IMG/VR virus record: IMGVR_UViG_2791355104_000001 | DNA: 64,000 bases | Direction: 5' to 3' (one strand) | Origin: a virus | Taxonomy: Duplodnaviria > Caudoviricetes | Shown here: positions 55,207 to 64,000 of the stretch, piece after piece | Numbering within the stretch: the stretch's first letter is position 1 | Layout of the letters: every line of letters begins with the position of its first letter | Notes under the pieces: model-generated | The model's input: the letters and a program-made list of their open reading frames with translations, nothing else | What the model was told of the DNA's origin: nothing | Databases searched by the model: none | Position numbers and translations under genes: made by a program

Positions 55207-57146
55207 GCACCTCCTTTTGCATTGTTAGATTGATTCGAACGATACAGTTTCAATCTGTCATCCGTGGCTATTTTTTCTTTGATGTAAGTGCGTAGTTCTG
55301 TCTCCGAAAGTGGTTTTGGTTGCCATTCCCAAACAAGCTCTTTTTTCTTACCTTTAATCACCTCTACTTCATGCCACAAATCGTCTTCAACATCGTGAGC
55401 TATTGCTAAACTTCTATCTGCATGGCATTTATTAAGCACTCTTTCAGGCCAAATAGAAAAGGCTAAGTGCGCCCAGTCATATTCGCCTTCTTGAAGCTTC
55501 TCCCAAGTTTGTTTAAGCTTCTTTTGCCATGGTCTGTTCTTAAAAAGCCGCCAAAAGGGTGATGCGTTTAATTGTATTCCATCGGCATTATTAGGGGCCC
55601 AAAACTTATTGATGGTTAAAAGCTGTTGCTTGAAGTCTTCTAACTCGCTGCTTAAGTTAATTAAAGTATCTAATGTCTTCTCATCTTTAACAGACCGACT
55701 CCTATTTGATTTCAGGCTCGAGAGCTCTAAGTTCAATTGTTCCTGTAGAGGTTCTATTTTGTCGTTTACACAGCTTACTAGTGATTGATTATCAAGGCCG
55801 TGAAAGTATAGCCAAAATGAAAAGTTATTATCATAAGAGCTCAACTGCCAATACAAAGGGGCTTGTCTTCTGCTGTCCGTGTACTTTTTAAGGTGAAGGG
55901 CAAAAAAATCATTCCTCAAGAATTTGGCTATATCAAGTCTAATATCTAGGTTTCTCTCTTCAACCTTCTGAGAAATTAATTCGGAAAGTTTATTCTCAGA
56001 TATAAAAGAAACTAGATTTTTGCTTGAAATCTCTGTAGGGGCGATAGTACTAAATGGATCAACATCCTTACTACTGAACGCTCTTGACTCAACAAACCGA
56101 CCAAATGAAACACCCACAAGCCAACTCAATACGTCTCTTTGCTTTTGTTCGTCGTTTGTTTTTCCATGCTTCATCGCTGTTGCTTTTTGAGCTTTAATGA
56201 CCTTTCTGTCTGATTCGGTTACCTCAAACAATTCAAAGCAATAATCATCAATCTCCTGCTGTATATGGTTTAATTCTTCTAATATTTTCTCTTTACAGTA
56301 GTCACTATTCTGTTTCAATAATGAATCGGGAAGTATAAATTGTCCTGAAGTCTCATCTGTCAGATCTAAAAGCCTTACATTGTTGTAAGCTTGTGTTGCA
56401 AGGTGAGATAATTTAGTTTTGGCGTCATTACTGAGAGCTGGAATAGGTATTTTTTGAATTATGCCAACTTCATAATGTTTGCGAGTATCAGCTAATCCGA
56501 GTGACATCGAAATAAGAAATTTGAAAACTCTTGAATTCATTATTGCTAGGAATGGTGACAAATCCTCCCATGAGTCATTTTCGATAAAGAGTGTTGGTGC
56601 CATGTGGCTTATGATGCAGTTGCTGGGCAATACTCGTGCAGATAAATCACTGGTTGTTGCGTTTGGCCAAGTTAATCCAGGTTTTTTATAAAAATCTATT
56701 GCATTTATCCATCTGCTCCATTGATTTGGTTTACCGATTTTGTGATCAAGAAATGCTTTTAATTCCTTCCCATCATTAAACCAATTAATCTTTAGCTTTA
56801 GGTCTGCATAATAAGGCGAAAAGTCTCCTCCTTTTGCTAATGGGAGCCATTCTTCTGAAAGAGTTTCCCACTTCGTTCTGATAAACCGAAAATCGTCTGT
56901 AGTAGCTAGCCCTTTAGTGGCGGTTAACATAGAGTTTTCATGAGTAAGTTTTTTATAATGCGTAAACTTATTTCGTATGTGATCACTTACCCAATATGAA
57001 AAAGGAGCACTCGGCACAACTTCAAACATCGTTGGGTTAACCAGAAATGTAGACGGATTATTTTTACCGTTTCGAACGCTTTTTATATTATCTTTTAAGT
57101 GTTGCTGTTTGTCGCTTTCAAATATCAGTCGGAAAAATGTAGCCAC
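55200..57146 (-). CDS. pglX: PglX C-terminal half (target-recognition region)
   Basis: KGLATTDDFRF, AKGGDFSPYY, RQAPLYWQL, DYDWAHLA-like (EYDWAHLA) PglX C-terminal motifs; GTG overlaps the upstream TAG. Confidence 0.8.
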   Translation of the reverse strand: MATFFRLIFESDKQQHLKDNIKSVRNGKNNPSTFLVNPTMFEVVPSAPFSYWVSDHIRNKFTHYKKLTHENSMLTATKGLATTDDFRFIRTKWETLSEEWLPLAKGGDFSPYYADLKLKINWFNDGKELKAFLDHKIGKPNQWSRWINAIDFYKKPGLTWPNATTSDLSARVLPSNCIISHMAPTLFIENDSWEDLSPFLAIMNSRVFKFLISMSLGLADTRKHYEVGIIQKIPIPALSNDAKTKLSHLATQAYNNVRLLDLTDETSGQFILPDSLLKQNSDYCKEKILEELNHIQQEIDDYCFELFEVTESDRKVIKAQKATAMKHGKTNDEQKQRDVLSWLVGVSFGRFVESRAFSSKDVDPFSTIAPTEISSKNLVSFISENKLSELISQKVEERNLDIRLDIAKFLRNDFFALHLKKYTDSRRQAPLYWQLSSYDNNFSFWLYFHGLDNQSLVSCVNDKIEPLQEQLNLELSSLKSNRSRSVKDEKTLDTLINLSSELEDFKQQLLTINKFWAPNNADGIQLNASPFWRLFKNRPWQKKLKQTWEKLQEGEYDWAHLAFSIWPERVLNKCHADRSLAIAHDVEDDLWHEVEVIKGKKKELVWEWQPKPLSETELRTYIKEKIATDDRLKLYRSNQSNNAKGGAW

Positions 57147-59209
57147 TATTTCTTCTCCATTATATATGCAGCGGCTTCTACCATTGCATCATCCATTACT
57201 CCTAAACCCAAGTCCACGAAGTTTTCTGTCTTTGCTTGTTTCAGGACAACTTCTTCTCGCCATCCTTTAAAGCTAGCAAGAAAAAAGCAAGTTCTTGAGG
57301 TAATGGCTCCTAATTTGGCTTTTGTATTGGTTAAATCTAAGCCTCTTTCTACAAATGCGGCCAAGATGTCATTGTAGCTTAAAGGATAATTTCGTTTAGC
57401 CTCGTCTTTCCAGGTAATCGAAAACTCACCAAAAGGAGGGTTCATCAGCACAACGTCAAACCACTTTTTGCATAAGTCTATAAATGCAAAACCTTTAGCA
57501 GCATCCGAGGCAAAGAGACGCCTCTGCTCACTCATACCTGAAGAGCTATAGTTAGCATATGAAGCCAGTGCATCGAGGATTTTTTGCTCTACTTGTAACC
57601 AAAAACCTTCTTCATCAATATCAGATACATCGAAGTCATCTTCACCACGTTGTTTAGCCATTACAACAAGATCTGGGAATTGGCTTAATGCTTGGTTTTG
57701 TCGTTGCCAAACAGCTTTCGCGCTAGCAATGGCGTCTTCAATTTCTTTTTCTATTTTAAGTAGAGTCCCAGCATCACCTGCTAACTGCATTTTTTCAAAA
57801 ATCACTTCAACCAATTGTCCAAGTACCGTCGGTTTCAACTGTGAAGTGAACTCTTGTAGTAACTCTTTTTCACCGGGCATTGGCTCAGCACAAACAATAT
57901 TTGATTTAGTGATTTGAGGGCGGAGTTGAGGTTTTACGCTTGCTTTTTGCCAACTGTTGTGGGCACGTTGCCATAGTGACATACCCGCGACTTGTGCTGC
58001 GCGCGGGTCGATATCGACGCCATGTATGTTGTTTTCAATAATCAACCTAGGAACATGCTTCAAGAACTCCGCTTTATCTGAATAAGTTTGAGTTAGTGGC
58101 GCATGGTTGGATTCACGCTCAAATGCCTCTGCTCCTTGTTTTAATTCAATGTCCCAAGCTTCACTATATATTAGTTCGAATAAGTCAAAACAATATAAGC
58201 CAAAGTGCATTGAACCGCAGGCAGGGTCAAGCATTCTGATATCACGAGGGTCTTTTAAATCTCGATGTTCAATATAAACCGTTTGTTTTAATAGTTCTTC
58301 TTGGCTTAAACCTTCGGTTGATTCCTGTTCAGGAGCTTCTTCACCTTGTTTTAAGAAGATTTCATAGGGGCGTCTAACTAAATACTCACATGCTTTGACT
58401 AATTTAGTCTGGCCTTTAGTCATTTCATACCAAATACGACCAAGCGTATTGTCGGTCAAGAACTCAACAACATAGCGCGGCGTAAAAAACTGGTTACGAA
58501 CAGCGAGTTCACGGCTATTACGTGGTGCTTGTGAAGCATCACGCATCTTTTTACGTTCTTCCTGCGAGTTAAAGTATTGATATATCCAGCCAATGGTTTC
58601 ATCTTCAGCCCATAATGATGCGATTTCTTCTTGGTTGATGAGGCCCAGTAGCTCTAGCAACACAGGTGAAGAGGGGAACAAGCGACCTTGAGCTGAGAAA
58701 CGATCAAAAAGAACAGAAAGGTCTAGCGCGAATTCGTCAAATATACTGAATAAGTAATGAACATAAGACTCGCCTGTTTCACCTAGGCTGTTGCCCGCTA
58801 AGCGATGAAACAGTTGAAAACCTTTTGAGTCGTAGCCTTTGCTCAGTGACTCGGTTAAAAAACCTCGAGCCTCGCTCATTCTGAGGGCAGCTAAGCGGTT
58901 TAGTACTGTAAATGCTTGCTCACGAACAATTCTATCTAGCGCTGCGATGCGGTTTTGCTTTTCCTTGCTCTTACCGTTTTCATGATCGTTTGCTGCCAAA
59001 TAGTGTTCGAAAGTGTCACGTAATAATCGAGCAGTTTCTTGCTGATGTGGTGACAGCCCAGATAAGGCGTCTAAATCAGCCACCTCGCCGCTAATAGGGT
59101 TCATCCCATATATTGATTGCAGCTGGCGAGTAAACTCATCTGATAAGAGAGCTCTTGAATCAGCCACGAAGCGGTTCAGCCTGTTCCGTGTAGTTTGGTC
59201 AAATGCCAT
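57146..59209 (-). CDS. pglX: PglX N-terminal half (N6-adenine methyltransferase catalytic region)
   Basis: QFFTPRYVV, LDPACGSMHF (motif I), GVDID, MNPPF (motif IV). Confidence 0.88.
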   Translation of the reverse strand: MAFDQTTRNRLNRFVADSRALLSDEFTRQLQSIYGMNPISGEVADLDALSGLSPHQQETARLLRDTFEHYLAANDHENGKSKEKQNRIAALDRIVREQAFTVLNRLAALRMSEARGFLTESLSKGYDSKGFQLFHRLAGNSLGETGESYVHYLFSIFDEFALDLSVLFDRFSAQGRLFPSSPVLLELLGLINQEEIASLWAEDETIGWIYQYFNSQEERKKMRDASQAPRNSRELAVRNQFFTPRYVVEFLTDNTLGRIWYEMTKGQTKLVKACEYLVRRPYEIFLKQGEEAPEQESTEGLSQEELLKQTVYIEHRDLKDPRDIRMLDPACGSMHFGLYCFDLFELIYSEAWDIELKQGAEAFERESNHAPLTQTYSDKAEFLKHVPRLIIENNIHGVDIDPRAAQVAGMSLWQRAHNSWQKASVKPQLRPQITKSNIVCAEPMPGEKELLQEFTSQLKPTVLGQLVEVIFEKMQLAGDAGTLLKIEKEIEDAIASAKAVWQRQNQALSQFPDLVVMAKQRGEDDFDVSDIDEEGFWLQVEQKILDALASYANYSSSGMSEQRRLFASDAAKGFAFIDLCKKWFDVVLMNPPFGEFSITWKDEAKRNYPLSYNDILAAFVERGLDLTNTKAKLGAITSRTCFFLASFKGWREEVVLKQAKTENFVDLGLGVMDDAMVEAAAYIMEKK

Positions 59210-59220
59210 GTTCTATCCCT

Positions 59221-62200
59221 CTAACTCTCAAAATTCAGGTTAATTTCAATTTCACTATTAAGCTCTAGGTCACCCTTAAGCTGCTGCAATTTTTGAATTA
59301 ACTGCTCTAATTCCGCTTTTTGAGTCACTCGTTTGGGTATAGTCACATTACGTTCAATCTTTTGGTTAGCTTTACCCTCTGCCTCGTATTTTGCCTTTTC
59401 TTCAGCGATGCGCTGCACTCGCTTTTCTTGAGCTTTGCGAGAAACTGATACATTAACATCTTTTAGTTTCTGACCTATGTTGAATTCTTGAGCAACCAGC
59501 GCGTTTAACCCCGATATATCGTAACTAACGGTTAATGCCATTGAGTCAAATTGACCTAGCTCTTGGTCTTTTTCTTCAATTGTCAGTTCGTTCCAGTCAA
59601 TATGGTTTGTTACTTCTATTTGCGCTTGCTTAATACTTTTTTCTTGTTGTAATTGTAGTTCTTTAACGCTGTTTGAAATTAGCGTTTGAAGGCTTGTTAG
59701 TGATGAGTTGAAGTCAGCGCTATATTGATAGAAGTCCTGCCTTTGTAGTTTTTCCTGATATGTCGATATTTCCTCAGCGGCGTTATGACGTAATTGGCCT
59801 GGGATCCCAGAAGTTGGCAGCGAATCTATAGAGGCAATTAATTCATCCAAGCTTTTTAACGTTTTGTCCAACCCTTGCTTAAAGGCTAGTTGGACTGCCG
59901 ATGCCCACTGCAATGAGCTAAAAACTTTTCGCTTTATCTTCACCAGGAATGTTTAAGTTTTTGAGGTCCGACGCTAATGAACCAAACTCATGCTGTGCTT
60001 TGTTGAAATATTTAACAGCCGCTTTACTAATATCATCCTCTAGTGGAAAGACAGTATCGCCCGTTAGTTCCGTAAGTCGCTCAGAAGCTAACAAACACAT
60101 CTCCTGTGATGGTCTGTCGTCGCGTAAATTCACACCAACGGTTTTAAAGGTATTGTTGGTTTTTATTGCTTCAATTGCTTTTTGACCTGAGCTGGTTAGT
60201 TCTTGCCCAGCAACTTTGAATTTCACTAAACCACCAACAAACATAGCAGAAACTAAATAGCGAAGCGTATCTTGCGACCAACCGAAGCGAGGACGAGAAA
60301 AATAGTCTGAAAGTGTTTTACCGTCGATGCCACCGCGGCTGTCGATATAGTCTTTTATGCTAATAATTGCCTGGTGGCTTTCATTTATTGAATAGCTTCC
60401 TCCGTCTTTGACCACAAGCGATAGTGGATCAACTTCGGACGTAATAAGAGACAAGTTATCAGCTCGCATAAATTTTTCGGCGATATTAGTGTTAACTTGC
60501 ACAGGTGCTTCTTGATAGCGGTCAAATACTTTTTTTGCGGCACCAGTAAGGTGTTTCTTACACGCTTCTAGTAGCTTTTGGTCGTAACTTTCGACTGCTG
60601 TAGCATTGCCCGCAAAAATAAATTCTCCATTAACAAGGCTACGTGTAAGCTTGGTTTCTATTTGCCCAATAAGGTTTGCTGCTCTGTCTTGCTGTGTTTT
60701 GCAGTAATCTTTTATTTCTTTTTCTGTTTCTTGGCGATACCTGTGTGCTATTTCATCACAGCGATATGCTTCATTAACTAATTCATCGATATCCTGTGAC
60801 GTTCTGGCAACCAGATAAATCTCGTTAGGGGTGTAGCGAGATGCATCAACTAAACGTGTTCTTGCAACATCAAACTCAGTAGCGGCTACAAATTCAATAA
60901 CTGTCTGAATGGGATTTTTATCACCATTTAGCGATGATGTGTGCCCAGACTCATTCGTATACTTTATACCTGTCTGAACTGCTCTAGAGCCATTTAGGCT
61001 TACGCTTGGAAGTGGGCTCATTACTTCTTTTATAGCGTTACTCATAATTTTACGAAGTTCTATCGATGGCAAGCGTAACTGATGACGTTCTTGTTCAATA
61101 TCGTTCAACTTTTCGCTAAAGAAGGTTAGCTCTCCGTCTTTTTCTGCCAAGGGAACTTTCGGGTCGCTAATAAGATCTTCTATTGCCTGGTTTATGGCAT
61201 CTTTTCGAGATTGTGCCGTTACTTCTCCATGCATTAGTGCTGCAACGTTGTGTCGTGTTATCGGCAAATTGTTTAGTATTTCAAGCAGAGCCACCGTTTT
61301 TGCGACGCCTTGATGATCTTTCGAGTCGTACCAATTTGACTGATATAATCTACCAACCGCTTTGTGTTTAGTGGCAAAAGCTGCACCAATATCTTTTTCC
61401 AGAGCATCGTAAAGGGTAACCGATGTGGCCAACCAACCTACATTTTGATCGGCTATTGGGGCCTGGTCTTCATTGCCTTCTACTAAAACATCATGAATAA
61501 CTTTAATTGCCGAGCGAAGACCTATACCACCAGTAGATTTGGCTAGAACGCCAAGTAAGTTGAGCAGCAACTCAAAGTGCGCAGGTAAAAACGGATACAA
61601 ATTAACAAAAGACTTTTCGTCTACATCAGCTTCGTAGAACTTATTGCCCTCAAGCTTGGTAGCATGACGTAAAGATTGTCCGTTGCTTTCAAATAGTGCG
61701 CGTAAGTTGCTTTCACCTTCCGAGGATTTACCGAGCAACCTGAGATAACAAATCTCTTTGATGTCGCTAGATTTTAAGCGGATATCAATTGGGAATCTGT
61801 CTATCAGTTTGTAAAGCTCTGGTGAGTTGAGCGCAGCACTCTTGTCATCTTCTGCAAGTGTTTGTTGTGCTGTACCGAAAATCCAGACTTTGCCTTTACC
61901 CAACTGTTTAGTAATTTGCGCAAATCCTTGCAGCTTAAAAATAAGCTTTTCACGAGGGCCAACATAGTTACCAATCTCATCAAAGATGAAAATACAGTAC
62001 TCTTTGCTGCTGGTTTCACGCACTATATCTATTATTTCTTGTGCTTGTTGTTCTACGGTAAAGACGATTTCTTCATGGTCTGTCTTGAAGCTGTCAGAAT
62101 GTGGCCAGAATTTAGGGTACATCTGATGAGCAAGCTCGGGAATGATAAAATCTACAACAGACGGATCGTCTTGATATGATTGCCAGGTTTCTCCCTCTAA

Positions 62201-62773
62201 CATTTCTGAGAAGAGCTTTTCGAATTCTTCGTAACGTCCGTCTTTTTTGAGCCTTCTTTCGAAAGAGGCTACTTTTAAATTACGAGAATAGCCTGCCCAC
62301 TTTAGAACCTTGTTGTACAGTACAGTAGCGACATCTTCCATAGATGCACCAGCCGACTGTTCACTGGCTAAATCGACCATAACGACAGAAGCAGGAAATT
62401 TTTTTGCCACTGTGTTAAGTAGTGCCTTTGTTCTGGCGTCGCGAATTCGATCAGAGAAGTGTTGTAGAAATGGTGTGCCATCAATTGTGATGCGGTCGTC
62501 TAATGCCATTCCTATGTATTTCGAAAGCGATGATTTACCTGAGCCATAGAAACCGGAAACCCAAACACCAATTTCGTTTTCATCGTTTGAGTTCATTGCT
62601 GTTTGCATTCGCTCTAGCAATTCGTGCATGCTTTCACAAAGATGGTCTGTAACTACATATTCTGAAATCTCTGCCTTCAGATTCTTTTCTTCATTACTGC
62701 CGTAGGTAATTACTTTTTCAATTCGGCGATCTAACCCTTTTGTTCCGTCAAATAGTGATCTTATGTTTGTCAT
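59221..62773 (-). pseudogene. brxC: BREX BrxC P-loop ATPase, split into 951-aa (59918-62773) and 240-aa (59221-59943) frames
   Basis: SGFYGSGKS, FIFDEIG; the two frames overlap by 26 nt and sum to about 1190 aa, typical of full-length BrxC. Confidence 0.8.
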
Positions 62774-62785
62774 GATTTACTCCTG

Positions 62786-63219
62786 TTAACCGCCAACATG
62801 TAATGAACGATAATTTCCATCTTCTGGATAAAAACCTAAAAACTTTAGTCTAGTTTTCCCCGTTCTTACGCCGGGGTACAAAAATACAGTAGGCACATTG
62901 AATTTACCTTGAAGCCCAGATTCGATAGATCCTATTCTCATGTAAGGATGAAGTGCTTCTAAGTCAGTTACTAAGATAAGCGAGTTAGGGTCTTTTTCCG
63001 CTTCTAAAAGGAAACTCTCGAATACTTCTTTTAAGCCTTCGCCCTCTTTTGTTAAGTTATTTGTTATTGACTGTGTAACCTTGTTGAAGTTGAGAGGGTC
63101 TTTTTTGTCAGCAGTTTCCCACATTTTCCTAACTACTGGATTTATCTTGTTTAAGAGCACGCTTATTTGTTGTGCTATAGAGAATTCTTTTACATTCCAG
63201 CCTTCGGACTTTAATTTAG
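62786..63219 (-). pseudogene. brxB: BREX BrxB (DUF1788), 5' part cut off by IS5
   Basis: LVTDLEALHPYMRIG...VFLYPG...YRSLHVGG; reading frame runs into the IS end at 63220. Confidence 0.85.
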
Positions 63220-64000
63220 GGAAGATGCGAATAAGTCCTGAATGTGAGATCATAGCTGCATAGTAAATCACAGCCATTACCGCCCATGAGCCAACAGTTA
63301 ACTTTTGCCGATAGTGAGTTTTCCAGCAAACGTCGCCAGACGAGAAAAGAGATTTTCTTATCCAGAATGGATAACCTGCTGCCGTGGTCTCAACTGCTGG
63401 AAGTGATTGAACCCTTTTATCCTAAAGCAGGCAATGGCAGACGTCCGTATGCGCTTGAGACCATGTTTCGCATTCATTGTATGCAGCAATGGTATAGCCT
63501 CGGTGATGAAGCGATGGAAGATGCGTTATATGAAATTGCTTCGATGCGTCAATTTGCGCAACTATCACTGGATAAAGCCATTCCTGACCGCACAACCATT
63601 ATGAACTTCCGGCACTTGCTGGAAAAACACAAGCTGACTCGCCAATTATTCAAAACGGTCAATCAATGGCTGTCTGACTGCGGTGTGATGATGACGCAGG
63701 GCACACTGGTGGATGCCACGATTATTGAAGCCCCCAGCTCCACTAAAAACAAAAAGAATGAACGTGACTCGGATATGCATCAGACCAAGAAAGGTAATGA
63801 GTGGCACTTCGGTATGAAAGCCCATATCGGTGTGGATGCCAAGAGCGGTCTGACTCATACGCTGGTGACCACCGCCGCCAACGAACATGACCTGAATCAG
63901 ATGAAGAACCTGTTGCATGGCGATGAGGAATTCATCTCTGGCGATGCTGGATATCAAGGCGCAGAGAAGCGTGAAGAACTTAAAGAAAAGGATGTGGAAT
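63220..64000 (+). mobile_element. IS5-family insertion sequence (right end outside the window)
   Basis: Terminal GGAAGATGCGAATAAG at 63220 (IS5-like IR), preceded by TTAG (YTAR target). Confidence 0.92.
63286..64000 (+). CDS. IS5 transposase (3' partial; absent from the ORF track)
   Basis: [25 protein letters not shown]...[14 protein letters not shown]...VDATII...[11 protein letters not shown]...GDAGYQG. Confidence 0.95.
   Translation, partial: MSQQLTFADSEFSSKRRQTRKEIFLSRMDNLLPWSQLLEVIEPFYPKAGNGRRPYALETMFRIHCMQQWYSLGDEAMEDALYEIASMRQFAQLSLDKAIPDRTTIMNFRHLLEKHKLTRQLFKTVNQWLSDCGVMMTQGTLVDATIIEAPSSTKNKKNERDSDMHQTKKGNEWHFGMKAHIGVDAKSGLTHTLVTTAANEHDLNQMKNLLHGDEEFISGDAGYQGAEKREELKEKDVE

Larger units (their letters stand above)
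28774..64000. mobile_element. Integrative defence island (continues beyond the window)
   Basis: Starts at the tRNA fragment; contains integrase/xis/repressor, WYL, DISARM-like and BREX genes and IS5; visibly more AT-rich than the prophage. Confidence 0.8.

Noticed and set aside
57146-57160. Programmed -1 ribosomal frameshift joining the pglX halves
   Set aside because: G AAG AAA is not an X XXY YYZ slippery heptamer, and no stimulatory structure is evident.
63220-63277. [19 protein letters not shown] as the native BrxB N-terminus
   Set aside because: This sequence lies inside the IS5 end.
63407-63957. ORFs 63407-63604 (+) and 63646-63957 (-)
   Set aside because: Alternative-frame shadows of the IS5 transposase starting at 63286.

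Overview
The window has two parts, joined at a displaced 3' fragment of tRNA-Val(GAC) at 28728-28773. LEFT (1-28773) is the late half of an apparently intact lambda-like siphovirus prophage. It runs from ninG, an XRE HTH gene, a possible Q and a moron through the M15 endolysin/holin-like cassette and a recognisable lambda-type cos site to terminase, portal, protease/scaffold, capsid and tail. The tail region has a -1 frameshifted chaperone and a central fibre that ends in a Hint domain. A Doc-type toxin-antitoxin pair follows, then a cassette of lyase/LamG/Ig-like genes bracketed by two PEP-CTERM genes with related leaders. RIGHT (28774-64000) is a more AT-rich integrative defence island. It carries a TM-pYEATS gene, a HEPN-like gene, a repressor/xis/tyrosine-integrase/HD module, an ftsZ paralogue convergent with a WYL regulator, an EVE/PUA-like gene, a papain-like protease, a methylase-less DISARM-like operon (drmA, drmB, SF1 helicase, unknown, NERD-helicase) and a BREX operon with four separate lesions (IS5 in brxB; frame breaks in brxC, pglX and brxL). 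The strongest candidate for a new system is the WYL/ftsZ pair. Both genes have the same 25-bp palindromic operator 6 bp upstream of a (T/C)ATGCT -10-like hexamer, suggesting a WYL-controlled, island-encoded cell-division modulator. All protein family calls come from motif recognition by eye, not database searches.
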